Origin: Takakia lepidozioides
Lineage: Eukaryota > Plantae > Bryophyta
Length of the DNA stretch: 64,000 nt
Assembly (NCBI GenBank): GCA_030704615.1
Contig: CM060733.1
Span: 48,608,001 to 48,672,000 of the forward strand
Direction: 5' to 3'
Below are positions 63,016 through 64,000 of this stretch, one piece after another. The position numbers and the translations under genes are program-made. Below the pieces are notes generated by a model that searched no databases, was not told where the DNA came from, and saw only the letters and a list, made by a program, of their open reading frames with translations. How positions within the stretch are numbered: the first letter of the stretch is position 1; every line of letters starts with the position of its first letter.

Positions 63016-63293
63016 TTTAAGGTGGTGCATTAGTTGGAGTTAGTGGTCACATGCATCTTTGACCATTGACTACTGATTTTGTTAGCTAATATTTTTTATT
63101 TTATTTTTTTTCTATATACATATGATGTAACATTTGCATATGCAATAAATACGTCGTATTCTATGTTATATAACTCCACTGCATACAATCTACAATGTGT
63201 GCATACAAATTTGTCACATGCATATATAATAAGGGATTTTGTGCATGCATGCACGCAACCTGTGCATATGGAATAGCAACCCCCTAGTGATGT

Positions 63294-64000
63294 TGTTGGA
63301 CCCACAAATAGAAGAACCAAACGAAGCACAGGCAATCGCGCGTGCTTCTTCCATCGATTATTTCACATATCCATTCTCCTTCCATTCTTCCCTAAATAAT
63401 CTCATAAATTAAACGACACAATCGATGACCAGCCTAATCGATGTTGACGACAAGTAATATTACTAACTATTGTGGGAAGTCAGAAAGTGGTTAAACATTT
63501 GGGATTTTGTCACTTCACTTTGTAGTGGCCTCATTAATGTAGGAACAGAAACACGCGCGATTGCGTGATTTTCATCTGTTTCTATAACATCCATATTCTA
63601 ATGGAATATATGTAAAGAATGCACAATCATTTTGATAACTTCCACTTGTTTTTGATAAAAAAAAAGTGGTAAAGCTAGAGCAAATAAATAATAACTTACT
63701 TAGTGTGCAAGACTAGTCTTGTGATCCACCCTGAGCACCTCCTCCAATCATACATAAGATTGACCATGCCACCACATACAGGAACTATCATATTCTGTGT
63801 GCATAGCAAGACTGATAAAGTGCGACGCAAGATTTTAGTTGACATTGTCTGATGAGAACTAATGTATTGCCTATCACTTTACAATTTTGAGGATGCACTA
63901 TGAGATGTCCTCATATGTGTTTAGCTAATCATCTGGGTATCAAGAGTGTTGATGATGGTCCCACGAATAGAAATACCAAATGAAGCACGCGCGATCGCGC
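63294..64000. repeat. Hairpin/palindrome array continuing past the window end
   Basis: Palindromes at 63323-63348, 63554-63567 and 63988-64000; hairpins at ~63355-63510 and ~63700-63943. Confidence 0.75.

Larger units (their letters stand above)
51586..63284. mobile_element. Mutator-like DNA transposon, 11.7 kb
   Basis: 9-bp TSD TAGT(A/G)ATGT at 51577-51585 and 63285-63293; degenerate 24-bp TIRs (16/24 match); the empty site is recoverable from the paralogous unit at 63931-63990; encodes a DDE transposase. Confidence 0.85.

Noticed and set aside
63270-63290. Helitron 3' end (CTAG|T) for the 11.7-kb element
   Set aside because: No 5' TC and no Rep/helicase; the 9-bp TSD, TIRs and DDE transposase fit a MULE.
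10267-64000. CRISPR array or integron attC interpretation of the palindromes
   Set aside because: Eukaryotic context, irregular spacing of hundreds of bp, and no cas or integron integrase gene.

Overview
Eukaryotic, transposon-dense DNA, most likely heterochromatin of a land plant (GT-AG introns, Copia and Gypsy elements with plant-type PBS); no conventional host gene is recognisable. Top layer: a tRNA-derived SINE family, two MITEs, a truncated Copia, three Gypsy families (a 12.7-kb Athila/Tat-like element with TSD ACATG, a chromovirus with TSD CATCC and an internal inversion, plus its solo LTR and a chimeric copy), and an 11.7-kb Mutator-like element (9-bp TSD). That MULE carries a DDE/SWIM transposase and a divergent multi-exon gene for a ParB-like domain fused to a beta-class N6A/N4C DNA methyltransferase fold. 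Removing these insertions leaves an older, decayed base layer with a RING gene, a second degenerate methyltransferase-like gene, a spliced gene with three FCP1/SCP-like (CTD-phosphatase family) domains, a protein kinase, and an ORF with RNA Pol II CTD-like heptads (YTPxSPE). These genes are interleaved with about a dozen long imperfect hairpins punctuated by a conserved CGCGCGATCGCGCG palindrome. The best candidates for undescribed systems are (i) this CTD-mimic/kinase/phosphatase/hairpin-array module and (ii) the ParB-methyltransferase MULE. All domain calls come from motif recognition by eye, not database searches.
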